Shown: positions 1 to 9,329 of the stretch, piece after piece
Layout of the letters: each line of letters starts with the position of its first letter
How positions within the stretch are numbered: the first letter of the stretch is position 1
IMG/VR virus record: IMGVR_UViG_3300045971_000385
Coordinates: 12,718-76,717 of that record
DNA length: 64,000 bases
Direction: 5' to 3' (one strand)
Origin: a virus
Translations under genes and position numbers: made by a program
The notes under the pieces: model-generated
What the model saw: only the letters and a program-made list of their open reading frames with translations
What the model was told of the DNA's origin: nothing
Databases searched by the model: none

Positions 1-267
1 CATCCAATTTACTTCTTCAGTTGACCATTCGCCCAGAGGTTTGGCTCTCATTCTTAAAATATTTCTAAGAGCTCCTTTATGTGGTTTTGAACCGATCTTC
101 TTCTTAACATCCTTCTTTGATAATCCAGTGCTCTTGCCTTCACCTTGATCTAAAAATGAATGCACTGTTGTGCTCGACATATTAATGAGCTTCTTCCATC
201 TATTATAATCAGTGCGCAACTGTAATGGATCTTTTTTAGCTTCAGTTAAAAGTTCGTATACTTTCAT
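1..267 (-). CDS. Partial gene running off the window; DUF3140-like protein with MKxxE N-terminus
   Basis: Manual translation MKVYELLTEAKKDPLQLRTDYNRWKKLINMSSTTVHSFLDQGEGKSTG...RNILRMRAKPLGEWSTEEVNWM; ATG overlaps the upstream TGA (ATGA at 267-264); the NM...FL..E.KS.G and IL..K...W...M pattern recalls DUF3140. Confidence 0.55.
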   Translation of the reverse strand, partial: MKVYELLTEAKKDPLQLRTDYNRWKKLINMSSTTVHSFLDQGEGKSTGLSKKDVKKKIGSKPHKGALRNILRMRAKPLGEWSTEEVNWM

Positions 268-1004
268 TTTATTTCTATCCCAAGTAATTCTAAAACTTCT
301 ATCATAAATTCATGATCTTTATCTTCCGAGTGAGCCCAAGGACGGACATATTTTAATCCAATATAACCAGAACCCGTTATAAGAATATCTTCATATCTCA
401 AGTCAATAACTTGTGCAAGATTATCAGCATCATTAAATCTTTTTGGTTCAAGGCGTTTTAAAGCTCCAGCGGTAATAGATATTTTTTCATCCATATCATC
501 AGTTTTATCTATTACTTTTTTAATTTTATCAAGATAATTATAAACATAATCATCTTTTACATTTTCAAATATAGTAGCATCCCAACCATCTTTTACGAAT
601 ATAATATATGAGTTACCCCAGTCACGAGCAGTAGATTCACTAGTTGTGCAGAAAATAGAATTGCCTCTTTTGGCTTTTAATTCTAACGTATCCATAGCAG
701 CATCAATTATTTTCTGAAAATCTTGATTAAGAAAGACTGGTTTTCTATCCGGTCTAATATCTGCTGTTATTAAAAGTTGTCCATATCCTTTTATTTTTTC
801 AGACTCCTTTACCCCGCGATAAATAAATTCTCCAGTTTCTTGGTATGCTTCTACAAATTTAGAACAATGACTTTCAATTAAATCAGCTGCATGCTGAGCA
901 GATTGAACTGCCTCGGCATTAAGCGATTTTTTCGGTTCAGTCAATGACCTAGCTTTAAATTTATCAACAGTTTTAAATTTATCTAGAATTTCGAATACTT
1001 TCAT
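264..1004 (-). CDS. Hypothetical protein, possible ADP-ribosyltransferase-like fold, putative internal virion protein
   Basis: FIYRGV, SIFCTTSESTARDWG, YEDILI motifs; N-terminus MKVFEIL; downstream of late promoter. Confidence 0.45.
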   Translation of the reverse strand: MKVFEILDKFKTVDKFKARSLTEPKKSLNAEAVQSAQHAADLIESHCSKFVEAYQETGEFIYRGVKESEKIKGYGQLLITADIRPDRKPVFLNQDFQKIIDAAMDTLELKAKRGNSIFCTTSESTARDWGNSYIIFVKDGWDATIFENVKDDYVYNYLDKIKKVIDKTDDMDEKISITAGALKRLEPKRFNDADNLAQVIDLRYEDILITGSGYIGLKYVRPWAHSEDKDHEFMIEVLELLGIEIK

Positions 1005-1021
1005 TATATCTCGCTCGATAA

Positions 1022-1405
1022 TTATTTAACAAATTTCTTAAATGAATCTGGTAGTCTATTATTTTCATTCTTAAATGGCAATTCTATTTCCAGCATATCA
1101 TCTCTAGTAAATTTTATTTTACTTGGGTCTACAATATCCGATAGAATAGGGAGCTTTTTGACTTCCTGTCTTATTACTGTTTTTACTTTCTCTTTTAGAT
1201 TAGATGACATTGGATCTGTAGTACCATAAAACCATAATAGCGGATGCAATGAAAGTTTTGAATAATCAAAATCGGTTCTAAACCAATCTGGTTCAAGTTT
1301 GACTAGTCTATCAAGAACATTCTGTCCTAATTCGATTATTGCTTGCGAAATTTGCTTTTCGTTTGCTGCTTCATTAGCACTTTCGATTAATTCGTAGATT
1401 TTCAT
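1022..1405 (-). CDS. Hypothetical protein (MKIYELIE N-terminus), putative internal virion protein
   Basis: ORF with AGGA RBS and TATAAATA at 1459-1452 on the minus strand. Confidence 0.6.
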   Translation of the reverse strand: MKIYELIESANEAANEKQISQAIIELGQNVLDRLVKLEPDWFRTDFDYSKLSLHPLLWFYGTTDPMSSNLKEKVKTVIRQEVKKLPILSDIVDPSKIKFTRDDMLEIELPFKNENNRLPDSFKKFVK

Positions 1406-1451
1406 TATCTTCCTAATAATAGTTATATAAGTATTAACTTAATTGATTAAA

Positions 1452-1459
1452 TATTTATA
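1452..1459 (-). promoter_or_regulatory. T4-type late promoter TATAAATA
   Basis: tatttata on + strand, upstream of the 1405/1004/267 minus-strand operon. Confidence 0.7.
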
Positions 1460-1478
1460 GGATTGTTACACTTTAACT

Positions 1479-1508
1479 GTGTACTTGTCCTGACAAGTAT
1501 GATATAAT
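1479..1508 (+). promoter_or_regulatory. Early sigma70-type promoter with palindromic spacer
   Basis: GTGTAC-N18-TATAAT with TG extension; TACTTGTC-ct-GACAAGTA inverted repeat at 1482-1499; TGTTACA upstream at 1464-1470. Confidence 0.85.
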
Positions 1509-1540
1509 AACTTATAAATTGATTAAACGAGGTAATTAAA

Positions 1541-1618
1541 ATGCATTCTGCTTTATTTTTAATTTTCTGGTCTGCTTGGATGTTACTTGCAATATTTGCT
1601 TTTGTAAAATTATCATGA
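1541..1618 (+). CDS. Small hydrophobic membrane peptide (25 aa, not in the ORF track)
   Basis: MHSALFLIFWSAWMLLAIFAFVKLS*; GAGGT RBS; first ORF after the promoter; stop overlaps the next ATG (ATGA). Confidence 0.7.
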   Translation: MHSALFLIFWSAWMLLAIFAFVKLS

Positions 1619-1866
1619 AAACACTTGATGTCATGTCAGATAAAATGCAGGAATATCCTTATGTTGTGTATTGGATATCGGTTTTTGATGGTTCAGTTAC
1701 AGATAGAGGTCACACAACTTCAGCATTGAAATCCGATTTTTCTGCATTTGCTACTTATCAAGAAGCAGATAAGTTTAAAATAAAAATGGAAGAATTGAAG
1801 GAAATTAAAGCAACGTACAGAAGTAGAGTTGTTTTTCAAGTCTCTCAAATAGAAAGTATAAAATGA
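1615..1866 (+). CDS. Hypothetical protein (start revised from 1576)
   Basis: ATGA coupling at both ends. Confidence 0.7.
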   Translation: MKTLDVMSDKMQEYPYVVYWISVFDGSVTDRGHTTSALKSDFSAFATYQEADKFKIKMEELKEIKATYRSRVVFQVSQIESIK

Positions 1867-2360
1867 TTAAAACTCCGTATCTCATCCAGCGCGGCACCAT
1901 TCGTACTCCAATGGATTTAAATTCTCGGTTATCTCAAGCTGTTAATTTTGATTACATGGGTTCAGCTGAATTTGAATGGGGCGCTTTGCCTAAATCATTC
2001 CGTGAAATTGAAAAGAATGCAGATAATTTTATCTGCAGATATGTTACGGATATCAACGATCAAGGTGGAAATGTTCTTAAGGTTTGGTCTTATTTTAGTG
2101 ACATCGAATTTGCTAAATATGAAGTCTATTTAAAAACGTTGCGAAATCCATCAAGCGTTAAATCTGAAGAAAGAATTCATACTAAAGAATATACTGGTTT
2201 TGAATCTGGTGCAGCACAATTTAGAAATGAAAGAACTAATTTTTGGTGGGATATTGAAAATCAAATTATGTTTGGCTTTGATCAAGATTTTATGCCAAAA
2301 GTTGCACACTTTGTAGCTAACAGCTTAGACTATATGAATGAGCAGAAAGCAAATCAATAA
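1863..2360 (+). CDS. Conserved phage hypothetical protein
   Basis: FDYMGSAEFEWGALP motif; coupled operon gene. Confidence 0.75.
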   Translation: MIKTPYLIQRGTIRTPMDLNSRLSQAVNFDYMGSAEFEWGALPKSFREIEKNADNFICRYVTDINDQGGNVLKVWSYFSDIEFAKYEVYLKTLRNPSSVKSEERIHTKEYTGFESGAAQFRNERTNFWWDIENQIMFGFDQDFMPKVAHFVANSLDYMNEQKANQ

Positions 2361-2578
2361 TGGAACTTCTCCAAGAGACTAGTGAATGGAGTACTTATAC
2401 TCCTAATCACATTTATATTTTTGATGGCAGTACTACAAAAATTGCCGGCTATATTAAACTTGGAACTTTAACAGCAGTTCGGTTTTCTAAGCCAATGGTT
2501 TTTAATAAGCGCTACAGAACATTTTGCAAAATCAAGCCAAAAGGTTTTGATTTATCAGCATTCAAAACGAAAGAATAA
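2360..2578 (+). CDS. Hypothetical phage protein
   Basis: TAATG coupling; ETSEW..PNHIY..GYIK motif. Confidence 0.7.
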   Translation: MELLQETSEWSTYTPNHIYIFDGSTTKIAGYIKLGTLTAVRFSKPMVFNKRYRTFCKIKPKGFDLSAFKTKE

Positions 2579-2579
2579 T

Positions 2580-2795
2580 ATGTCTGAATTCAAAGATATT
2601 GTTGGCAATACTATCAAACTTGGTGATGTCGTTGCCACCAATCATGTTCATTATCGTGATCGTTTATTTCTGTGCACTGTTATAGGTTTCACTGCTCAGA
2701 AAATTAAACTTTTACCTGCTCAAGGTCAACATTCTTGGGGTAATGATGCCACATTAAGAACACCAGAGCAATGTATTGTAACTAAGAAAGATTAA
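2580..2795 (+). CDS. Hypothetical protein, SH3-like small beta protein (start revised from 2547)
   Basis: KDIVGNTIKLGDVV pattern; ATG 1 nt after the previous stop. Confidence 0.65.
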   Translation: MSEFKDIVGNTIKLGDVVATNHVHYRDRLFLCTVIGFTAQKIKLLPAQGQHSWGNDATLRTPEQCIVTKKD

Positions 2796-2796
2796 T

Positions 2797-3255
2797 ATGA
2801 CGACTCCTACATTCAAACGCGGAACTTTATTGGCTTCAATGCTCGTACTTGCTACTAACAGTCATGCTGGTCAATTCGATAAAGGCGGTGCGCCATACAT
2901 TCTCCACCCGCTGAAAGTTATGTATTTGTTAAAATCTACAGATGAAGAACTTATGTGCATTGCTTTGGGCCATGATATTGTAGAAGATTGCGGAGTTACA
3001 TGGGAAGATCTGCGGGCTGTTGGTATGACTGAGCGTGTTGTTGAAGGCATTCGATGCATGACTAAAATCCCCGGAGAAACATATGACGAATATAAAGCCA
3101 AAGTTAAGTCTAACCCAGATTCTATCAAAGTTAAAAAATGCGATCTTCGTCATAACACTGATCTTCGTCGGCTAAAAGGTGTAACAGCAAAAGATATGGC
3201 CCGCATAGAAAAGTATTCAAATTTCTATGTTGAATTAAACTCTTTAGAAGGTTAA
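2797..3255 (+). CDS. HD-domain hydrolase, SpoT/Mesh1-like ((p)ppGpp hydrolase family)
   Basis: HAGQFDKGGAPYILHP, ALGHDIVED, VKKCDLRHN. Confidence 0.85.
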   Translation: MTTPTFKRGTLLASMLVLATNSHAGQFDKGGAPYILHPLKVMYLLKSTDEELMCIALGHDIVEDCGVTWEDLRAVGMTERVVEGIRCMTKIPGETYDEYKAKVKSNPDSIKVKKCDLRHNTDLRRLKGVTAKDMARIEKYSNFYVELNSLEG

Positions 3256-3259
3256 GATT

Positions 3260-3517
3260 ATGTTCGCATTTAGAGAAGTTATGATTATGGATATTTGCAG
3301 CATGATTGGAAACCCAGAACAAAAGCTAGCTAATAGTATGCGCTGGAAAAAGGTTGCCCATTGGTTAGCAGATAGAATGATTTCTGCACAGCCAAAAAAT
3401 AAACTAGCAACAATGCTTACACTTCAGCATTTTATAAACGAACAAGAATTATTTTCAGATGAATCAATCTATGCGTTGTTCGGATTAGTTCACACACAAT
3501 ATTGCAAACAAATGTAA
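3260..3517 (+). CDS. Hypothetical protein
   Basis: ORF within a tight operon. Confidence 0.6.
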   Translation: MFAFREVMIMDICSMIGNPEQKLANSMRWKKVAHWLADRMISAQPKNKLATMLTLQHFINEQELFSDESIYALFGLVHTQYCKQM

Positions 3518-3526
3518 GGAAGAAAA

Positions 3527-4054
3527 ATGGAAACAATTAAAGTTATTGAATATGTAAAATCTCCAAAAGTATCTACTTACGGTTATGTATTGCCTGGGAT
3601 TGAAAGTGTCACACGGACTTATGATGTCTATTATTATGATGACATAAATGCTCTTGAGTGTGCGCTGAAAGCTATACCTGAGATTCAAAAATCATTTGAC
3701 ACTCTATCCCGCGAATACAAAATGCTCCTTGAATATGTTACGATCAGTTATGCTGATTGGACAGAGAAATACAACAGTATTCCTGCTTGGCGCCGGTGGA
3801 TTGCAGTAAAAGCCCCATTAGTTGAGGATTATGAACCTCTAAAAGAAGCTAAATTCAAAATGACATTGATTGGTACTTTGTTAACTGAAGCTAGTGATTT
3901 AAAATATCGTGTTGATAATATTCAGATTTATACTAAACCCGATTCAAAGCCAGCCCCGACTGAAAAATTTAAATTTGAAGATCATGCAGATTTAGTAGAT
4001 CGTCTTAATAAATTCAGACATCTTGGTGTAGATTTCTTCTTTACTGGTATGTGA
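3527..4054 (+). CDS. Hypothetical protein
   Basis: AAGGA RBS, 175 aa. Confidence 0.7.
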   Translation: METIKVIEYVKSPKVSTYGYVLPGIESVTRTYDVYYYDDINALECALKAIPEIQKSFDTLSREYKMLLEYVTISYADWTEKYNSIPAWRRWIAVKAPLVEDYEPLKEAKFKMTLIGTLLTEASDLKYRVDNIQIYTKPDSKPAPTEKFKFEDHADLVDRLNKFRHLGVDFFFTGM

Positions 4055-4084
4055 GTTTACATCAGGTCGTAAGTATGTTATAAT
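4055..4084 (+). promoter_or_regulatory. Early promoter
   Basis: GTTTAC-N18-TATAAT with TG extension. Confidence 0.85.
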
Positions 4085-4116
4085 TATCATACAACATCAA
4101 TACAATAGGCAAACTA

Positions 4117-6024
4117 ATGGTAAAGCAAAAAACAATTGAAGAAAAATTCAAAAAATTAAACGAGGTGGAGCATGTATTGCTCCGCCCAGGTCGTTATATT
4201 GGTTCTATTACTCCACATACCGAAGTAGCTCATGTCTATGATCAAGTAGCTAAGAAGATGGTAAAGGAAGAAGTAACTTATAACCCAGGTTTCTTGAAAC
4301 TCTTCGACGAAGTTATTTCTAATTCAATCGATCATTCAAAACGACCAGAAGGAAAAGCTTTAGATATTATTCGCATTGATTTTGATCAAGCGAAGGGCGA
4401 AATTTCTATCTACGATAATGGTGGTATTCCTGTTTTAAAACACAAGGAATATAATCAGTGGATTCCTGAAATGATTTTTGAACTTCGCGCCGGTTCAAAC
4501 TTTGATGACGATGACCAAGCAATGCTTACAGGTCAAAATGGTGAGGGTGCAGCTCTTACCAACATTTTCTCTAACAAGTTTGTAGTTGAAACTTGTGATG
4601 GCAAAAATAAATTCAAAATGGTATTTGAGAATAATTCTCAGAACCGTCATGAAGCAAAAGTTACTCCTGCTGAAGGTGCAAAAGGTTTTACTCGTATTAC
4701 TTATTCTCCAGATTTCGAAAAGCTTGGATGCGAATTTACAGATGATAATCTGAAAATGCTGCTAAAGCGAGTAGTTGATGTGGCTGGTTTAAATACAAAC
4801 CTAAAAGTATATTGGGATGGTGAACGTATTCCTACTCGTTCTTTTAAGGACTATGTTGAGCTGTACACTGGTGCTGATGGTGATTATGCGTATGATGAAA
4901 CAGAAAATTGGAAAGTTGCTGTTTGCGCGTCAGAAGATGGATTCCAACATGTCTCATTTGTGAATGGTACTAACACTAAAGAAGGTGGTACACATATTCT
5001 TTATGCTGGTATGCAGATATGGGAACGCATTCGCGAATACATTAAAAAGAAAAACAAGATTGATATTAAGCCATCTGAATTGCGCCAGCATATGATGCTG
5101 TTTATTGATTGTTCGATGGTCAATCCACGTTACTCTTCTCAAACAAAAGAAAATCTTATTACTGAAGTTAAGGATTATAAAACATCCTATGAAGTTACTG
5201 ATAAGATGATTAACAAGATTGTAAAATCTTCAATCATTCAATCTATTCTCGATTGGGCACAAGCAAAAGCTCTTCAAGAAGAAATGAAAGAATTGCGCAA
5301 GATGAATAAGGATGCAGCTAAAACTGATCCTAAGCGTGTTGATAAATTCTCTGATGCTATTGAAAAGAAAGAACGGTCTAAGTGCGAATTGTATTTGGCT
5401 GAGGGTGATTCAGCTAGAAAATCTATTCAAGAAGTTCGCGGTAAGAATCCATATATTGGATCTTATGCACTTCGTGGCAAGCTATTAAATGTTACTGATT
5501 GCAAAACAGAAGATATTCTGGGCAACAATGAAATCGCAAACTTGTTAACAATTATCGGTTTAAAAATCGGTGAGAAAGTTAAGAGTGTAGATGAACTGCG
5601 ATTTGGTAAAATTGTTATGATGACAGATCAGGATTTGGATGGACATCACATCTCATCTTTGCTGTTTAATTTCTTTGCTAAATTCTGGCCAGAGCTGTTT
5701 GATCTTGGCGTCATCTATAAGTTAACAACTCCTCTGGTTATTGCTAAAACAAAAACTGAAGAGTTTGAATTTACCGATGATATTGAATTTGAAACTTGGG
5801 CTAAGAAAGCTCCCAAGTTTACTTTTGAGCGTTTTAAAGGTCTTGGAACATTTACTTCTAGTGAGTTCGGAAAAATTATCAGTAAGCGCGAATTGTATCT
5901 CACAAAGATTGATAAACTTGAATCAAAAGATTTTGCTGCAATCAATTTAGCTTTCTCAGGTTCAGAAGCAGATGCTCGAAAAGAATGGTTGAATGGTGCT
6001 TCGTATTTCCACGAGTACGATTAA
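4117..6024 (+). CDS. DNA topoisomerase II large subunit (T4 gp39+gp60-like, ATPase + TOPRIM)
   Basis: EHVLLRPGRYIGS, FDEVISNSID, GQNGEG, AEGDSA, LRGK, MTDQDLDG, FKGLG. Confidence 0.97.
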   Translation: MVKQKTIEEKFKKLNEVEHVLLRPGRYIGSITPHTEVAHVYDQVAKKMVKEEVTYNPGFLKLFDEVISNSIDHSKRPEGKALDIIRIDFDQAKGEISIYDNGGIPVLKHKEYNQWIPEMIFELRAGSNFDDDDQAMLTGQNGEGAALTNIFSNKFVVETCDGKNKFKMVFENNSQNRHEAKVTPAEGAKGFTRITYSPDFEKLGCEFTDDNLKMLLKRVVDVAGLNTNLKVYWDGERIPTRSFKDYVELYTGADGDYAYDETENWKVAVCASEDGFQHVSFVNGTNTKEGGTHILYAGMQIWERIREYIKKKNKIDIKPSELRQHMMLFIDCSMVNPRYSSQTKENLITEVKDYKTSYEVTDKMINKIVKSSIIQSILDWAQAKALQEEMKELRKMNKDAAKTDPKRVDKFSDAIEKKERSKCELYLAEGDSARKSIQEVRGKNPYIGSYALRGKLLNVTDCKTEDILGNNEIANLLTIIGLKIGEKVKSVDELRFGKIVMMTDQDLDGHHISSLLFNFFAKFWPELFDLGVIYKLTTPLVIAKTKTEEFEFTDDIEFETWAKKAPKFTFERFKGLGTFTSSEFGKIISKRELYLTKIDKLESKDFAAINLAFSGSEADARKEWLNGASYFHEYD

Positions 6025-6054
6025 GATTACTTTTATCTGATTACGTGATATAAT
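6025..6054 (+). promoter_or_regulatory. Early promoter between the topoisomerase subunit genes
   Basis: GATTAC-N18-TATAAT with TG extension. Confidence 0.7.
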
Positions 6055-6064
6055 ATTAAAATTA

Positions 6065-7465
6065 ATGGATGAAACTATGAAACCAGCTAAAGCGTCAAAA
6101 GCAGTCGCACAAGAAACAAACTTCACTCTCGGTAAAACAGCATCAACGGATGTATTTTCATTCTTTGATTCTCATTTAAAACTTTACTCAGCTCATTCAA
6201 ATGTCCGAGGAATTCCTTTCCTCGGAGATGGATTTAAACAAGCCCAACGAAAAGCTGTTTGGGGTATGGTTGCTCGTGGAGAAAATTCAGGTAAAAATAC
6301 AGTTGAACGTATTGCTGCAGCTTGCGCATCTGATACCGATTACCACCACGGTGTTGGTTCTTTGGAAGGTACTATTGTTGGTCTTGCACAAGATTTTGCT
6401 GGCTCGAACAACATGAATCTTTTATGTCCTGAGGGTCAGTTTGGTTCTCGACTTGATAAGAAACCATCTGCTTCTCGATACATTAAAACACAACTGCACG
6501 AAAATTTTAGAAAGCTGTATCGTAAAGATGACGATGCTATTATGGAATTTAATTATTCTAATGGCGATAAAATTGAACCTAAGTTCTTTATTCCTATTCT
6601 ACCAACAGTGCTGATTAATGGTGCACAAGGTATGGGTACTGGACATGCAACGATGATCTTCAGTTATAATCCTTCTGAGATCAAAGATGCAGTATTGAAA
6701 TTACTTAGCGGAAAGAAATTAACTAATTACGATTTAACTCCTTGGTTCACAGGATTTAAAGGCGAAGTTGAACGTGATAAAACAACAGGTCAAGTGTCAA
6801 CAAAAGGTAAATTAACGGTTGTGAATTCTACAACTATTAAAATTACTGAATTGCCAGTTGGTATGGAGTCAGATCCATTTGAATCAAAACTATTCAAGCT
6901 GCAAGATAAAGGTTTGATTACTGATTTTGATAATCAATGGGATGATGGTTTTGATATCACTGTTAAAGTTCCGCGTTCTACCACAACTAAATCTGAAGAA
7001 GAACTTTATAAGATGTTCAGTTTAGTTTCAAAAGATTCTGAAAACTTTACCGTGTGGAGTACAAATGGTCATATTAAAAAGTTTGAAGCTCCAGAAGAAA
7101 TGATTTCCGAGTTCGTGAATTGGCGCCTTACTATGTATGAAGCCCGTTTACAGAAACAAATTGAAAGTGCAAATGAATCTATTGTTTGGTCCTCAATGAA
7201 AATTCGGTTCATTAAATTTTATCTTAAAAATATTATGTTGTTTAAAAATTCTGGTAAAAAGGAATTGATTGCAATGTTGATTGAGAATGATTTTTCTGAA
7301 TATGATCGTCTGCTTAGCATGAGCATTTGGAATCTAACTAAAGATAAAATTGCTGAGTTAGAAAAGGAATTAGATGAATATAAAGCGGTGCTGAAATCTT
7401 TGGAAGAAGATTCAGCTAATGAAATGTACAAAAGAGAACTGAAAGATTTTAGATACGCATCATGA
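6065..7465 (+). CDS. DNA topoisomerase II medium subunit (T4 gp52-like)
   Basis: DGFKQAQRK, YHHG, GQFGSR, SASRY (catalytic Tyr), NGAQGMGTG, ITELP. Confidence 0.97.
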   Translation: MDETMKPAKASKAVAQETNFTLGKTASTDVFSFFDSHLKLYSAHSNVRGIPFLGDGFKQAQRKAVWGMVARGENSGKNTVERIAAACASDTDYHHGVGSLEGTIVGLAQDFAGSNNMNLLCPEGQFGSRLDKKPSASRYIKTQLHENFRKLYRKDDDAIMEFNYSNGDKIEPKFFIPILPTVLINGAQGMGTGHATMIFSYNPSEIKDAVLKLLSGKKLTNYDLTPWFTGFKGEVERDKTTGQVSTKGKLTVVNSTTIKITELPVGMESDPFESKLFKLQDKGLITDFDNQWDDGFDITVKVPRSTTTKSEEELYKMFSLVSKDSENFTVWSTNGHIKKFEAPEEMISEFVNWRLTMYEARLQKQIESANESIVWSSMKIRFIKFYLKNIMLFKNSGKKELIAMLIENDFSEYDRLLSMSIWNLTKDKIAELEKELDEYKAVLKSLEEDSANEMYKRELKDFRYAS

Positions 7466-7644
7466 TTATTTTACTTTACATTATATTGTTTCTTGTTGTT
7501 TGGTTAGTTGCTAGTTTTGCATATGTGTTTTCTCACATAGGCGAACCAGATAGAAGAGTGACTAAGACTCGAAGATTTTTCGAGCGCACCTTTTGCTTTC
7601 CATTATTGGCTGCATCGTATATTTTTGATAAATTGAGAAAATAA
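7462..7644 (+). CDS. Small membrane protein
   Basis: Hydrophobic N-terminus; ATGA and TAATG coupling. Confidence 0.65.
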   Translation: MIILLYIILFLVVWLVASFAYVFSHIGEPDRRVTKTRRFFERTFCFPLLAASYIFDKLRK

Positions 7645-7967
7645 TGGATTCCCCAGCAAAGCCCAAAATTAAACCTACTGTTTACTTAAGCAAGTTAGCT
7701 GATTTAAGTGCTCATCCGGAAATTAACTTTGTTGTTATAACTGATTCGTCATTGCGCTATGATGATGGATATGGTTCTTCAAACAATCCAAGTACATCAA
7801 CACTTAATTATTTAAGTTTAATGGGTTTAGAAGATGAGGAATCCGTTAAAGCATGGATTAGATCCAATATGGATACGAAATACTCGAGTGTTAAGGAATA
7901 TAAAATCTTTAAAGTTTCTCCTGTTCAAATAATGACTGAGGTATCAATTTCAGTTTCAATGTCTTAA
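7644..7967 (+). CDS. Hypothetical protein, paralog of 7979..8305
   Basis: Shared DL..NF.V..D.S.RY...S..G.E...W...N..F/Y....VS pattern. Confidence 0.75.
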   Translation: MDSPAKPKIKPTVYLSKLADLSAHPEINFVVITDSSLRYDDGYGSSNNPSTSTLNYLSLMGLEDEESVKAWIRSNMDTKYSSVKEYKIFKVSPVQIMTEVSISVSMS

Positions 7968-7978
7968 TTGGAAATAAA

Positions 7979-8305
7979 ATGAATGATAAATCTGCAGTAG
8001 AGAAGCATATTACTGCTCTAGGTGTTCACCTGGCATCAATTAGCGATCTGAGAAATAACAAAAATGTTAATTTCATTGTGTTAGAAGATGAATCAATGCG
8101 ATATGAAAATGATATTTCATATCAGGACACTATGAATCAACCTCAATTCGAACATAGAAAATTTATGTCAATGCGCGGATTTGAAACTCATGATCAAGCA
8201 CTAACATGGGTAAAAGAAAATATTAATCGTCATCGTGGCACCTCTTCAGTAGATTTTCAGGTTATAAGAGTAAGTCAAATGATGGTAAATATTTCATTAA
8301 CGTAA
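7979..8305 (+). CDS. Hypothetical protein, paralog of 7644..7967
   Basis: Same pattern as the upstream gene. Confidence 0.75.
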   Translation: MNDKSAVEKHITALGVHLASISDLRNNKNVNFIVLEDESMRYENDISYQDTMNQPQFEHRKFMSMRGFETHDQALTWVKENINRHRGTSSVDFQVIRVSQMMVNISLT

Positions 8306-8316
8306 GGCAAAATAAA

Positions 8317-8628
8317 ATGCTGTTATCAAGAATACAAATTGCTAATGATATTGGAAACATGAAAGACAAGATTACAGCTTGCATCTTTCCACCATTTACA
8401 GCAAATTTAGAATTTACTTATCATTTTTACGATAATGTACCCATAGAAGAAGACAATTTTAGCAAAATTTTATTCACTTATATTGAATTTGCTATTGGTG
8501 ATGGGACCCTTGCCGATTTTATTGCTCAACTAAGTCGTATTCAATCTGTTATACCTGGCGATGCACAAATAACCACAGTTAATGGTTATGAAATGGTTAA
8601 AATTATCTTCTCGAAAGAATATAAATGA
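8317..8628 (+). CDS. Hypothetical protein
   Basis: ORF in operon. Confidence 0.6.
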   Translation: MLLSRIQIANDIGNMKDKITACIFPPFTANLEFTYHFYDNVPIEEDNFSKILFTYIEFAIGDGTLADFIAQLSRIQSVIPGDAQITTVNGYEMVKIIFSKEYK

Positions 8629-9329
8629 ATGCAAAAGATGCTAGAGATGTTTTAGGTTTAGGTCCTACTGGGAGTCCAGTTGAAATTAAGAAGGCATATC
8701 AGCGTCTTGCAATGATTCATCATCCAGATCGTCCAAATGGAAGTGATATAAAATTTAAAAAGATCAATGAAGCATATAATGTTTTAAACAATATTTTTAA
8801 TAACACGTACTATGATAATACGCCTATTATCATGTTGCCTATTTCCATCTTAGAAGCTTTTACTGGTTGTATAAAGACTGTAACTATTGATGGCCGTGAT
8901 GTTGATGTCTGTATCCCAGAGGGATCCTTAAGTAATGATCGCATTGAGTCTTCTGATGCTGTTACAATTATAGTCATGATTCATTCTGATTTCACTATTG
9001 ATTTAGGAACAAATGGTGATAATACTCGTGGTGATGTAACTAAGACTGTTATAGTATCTCCATTCTTAATGATGACTGGCGGATTTATAGATGTAGAAAT
9101 GCTAGATGGTTTTAAAGTTAAAGTTCGTGTACCTGAAGGATTAGCATCTAATTCATTATTAAAAGTGTCTAGACGCGGTTATTTTAGAGGATATGCTTGT
9201 GAAGATCGCGGAGATTGCTATCTTAGAATAGTTCCAGAGATTAAAAAGCTAAATGAATTTACTGACAAAGAGCTTTTCAATTTTGAACAAGCTTTAATGA
9301 TCGCCAGAACCGGCGGACTAGATGAATAG
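8625..9329 (+). CDS. DnaJ-like co-chaperone (J domain + C-terminal domain, no Zn finger)
   Basis: [39 protein letters not shown]. Confidence 0.9.
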   Translation: MNAKDARDVLGLGPTGSPVEIKKAYQRLAMIHHPDRPNGSDIKFKKINEAYNVLNNIFNNTYYDNTPIIMLPISILEAFTGCIKTVTIDGRDVDVCIPEGSLSNDRIESSDAVTIIVMIHSDFTIDLGTNGDNTRGDVTKTVIVSPFLMMTGGFIDVEMLDGFKVKVRVPEGLASNSLLKVSRRGYFRGYACEDRGDCYLRIVPEIKKLNEFTDKELFNFEQALMIARTGGLDE

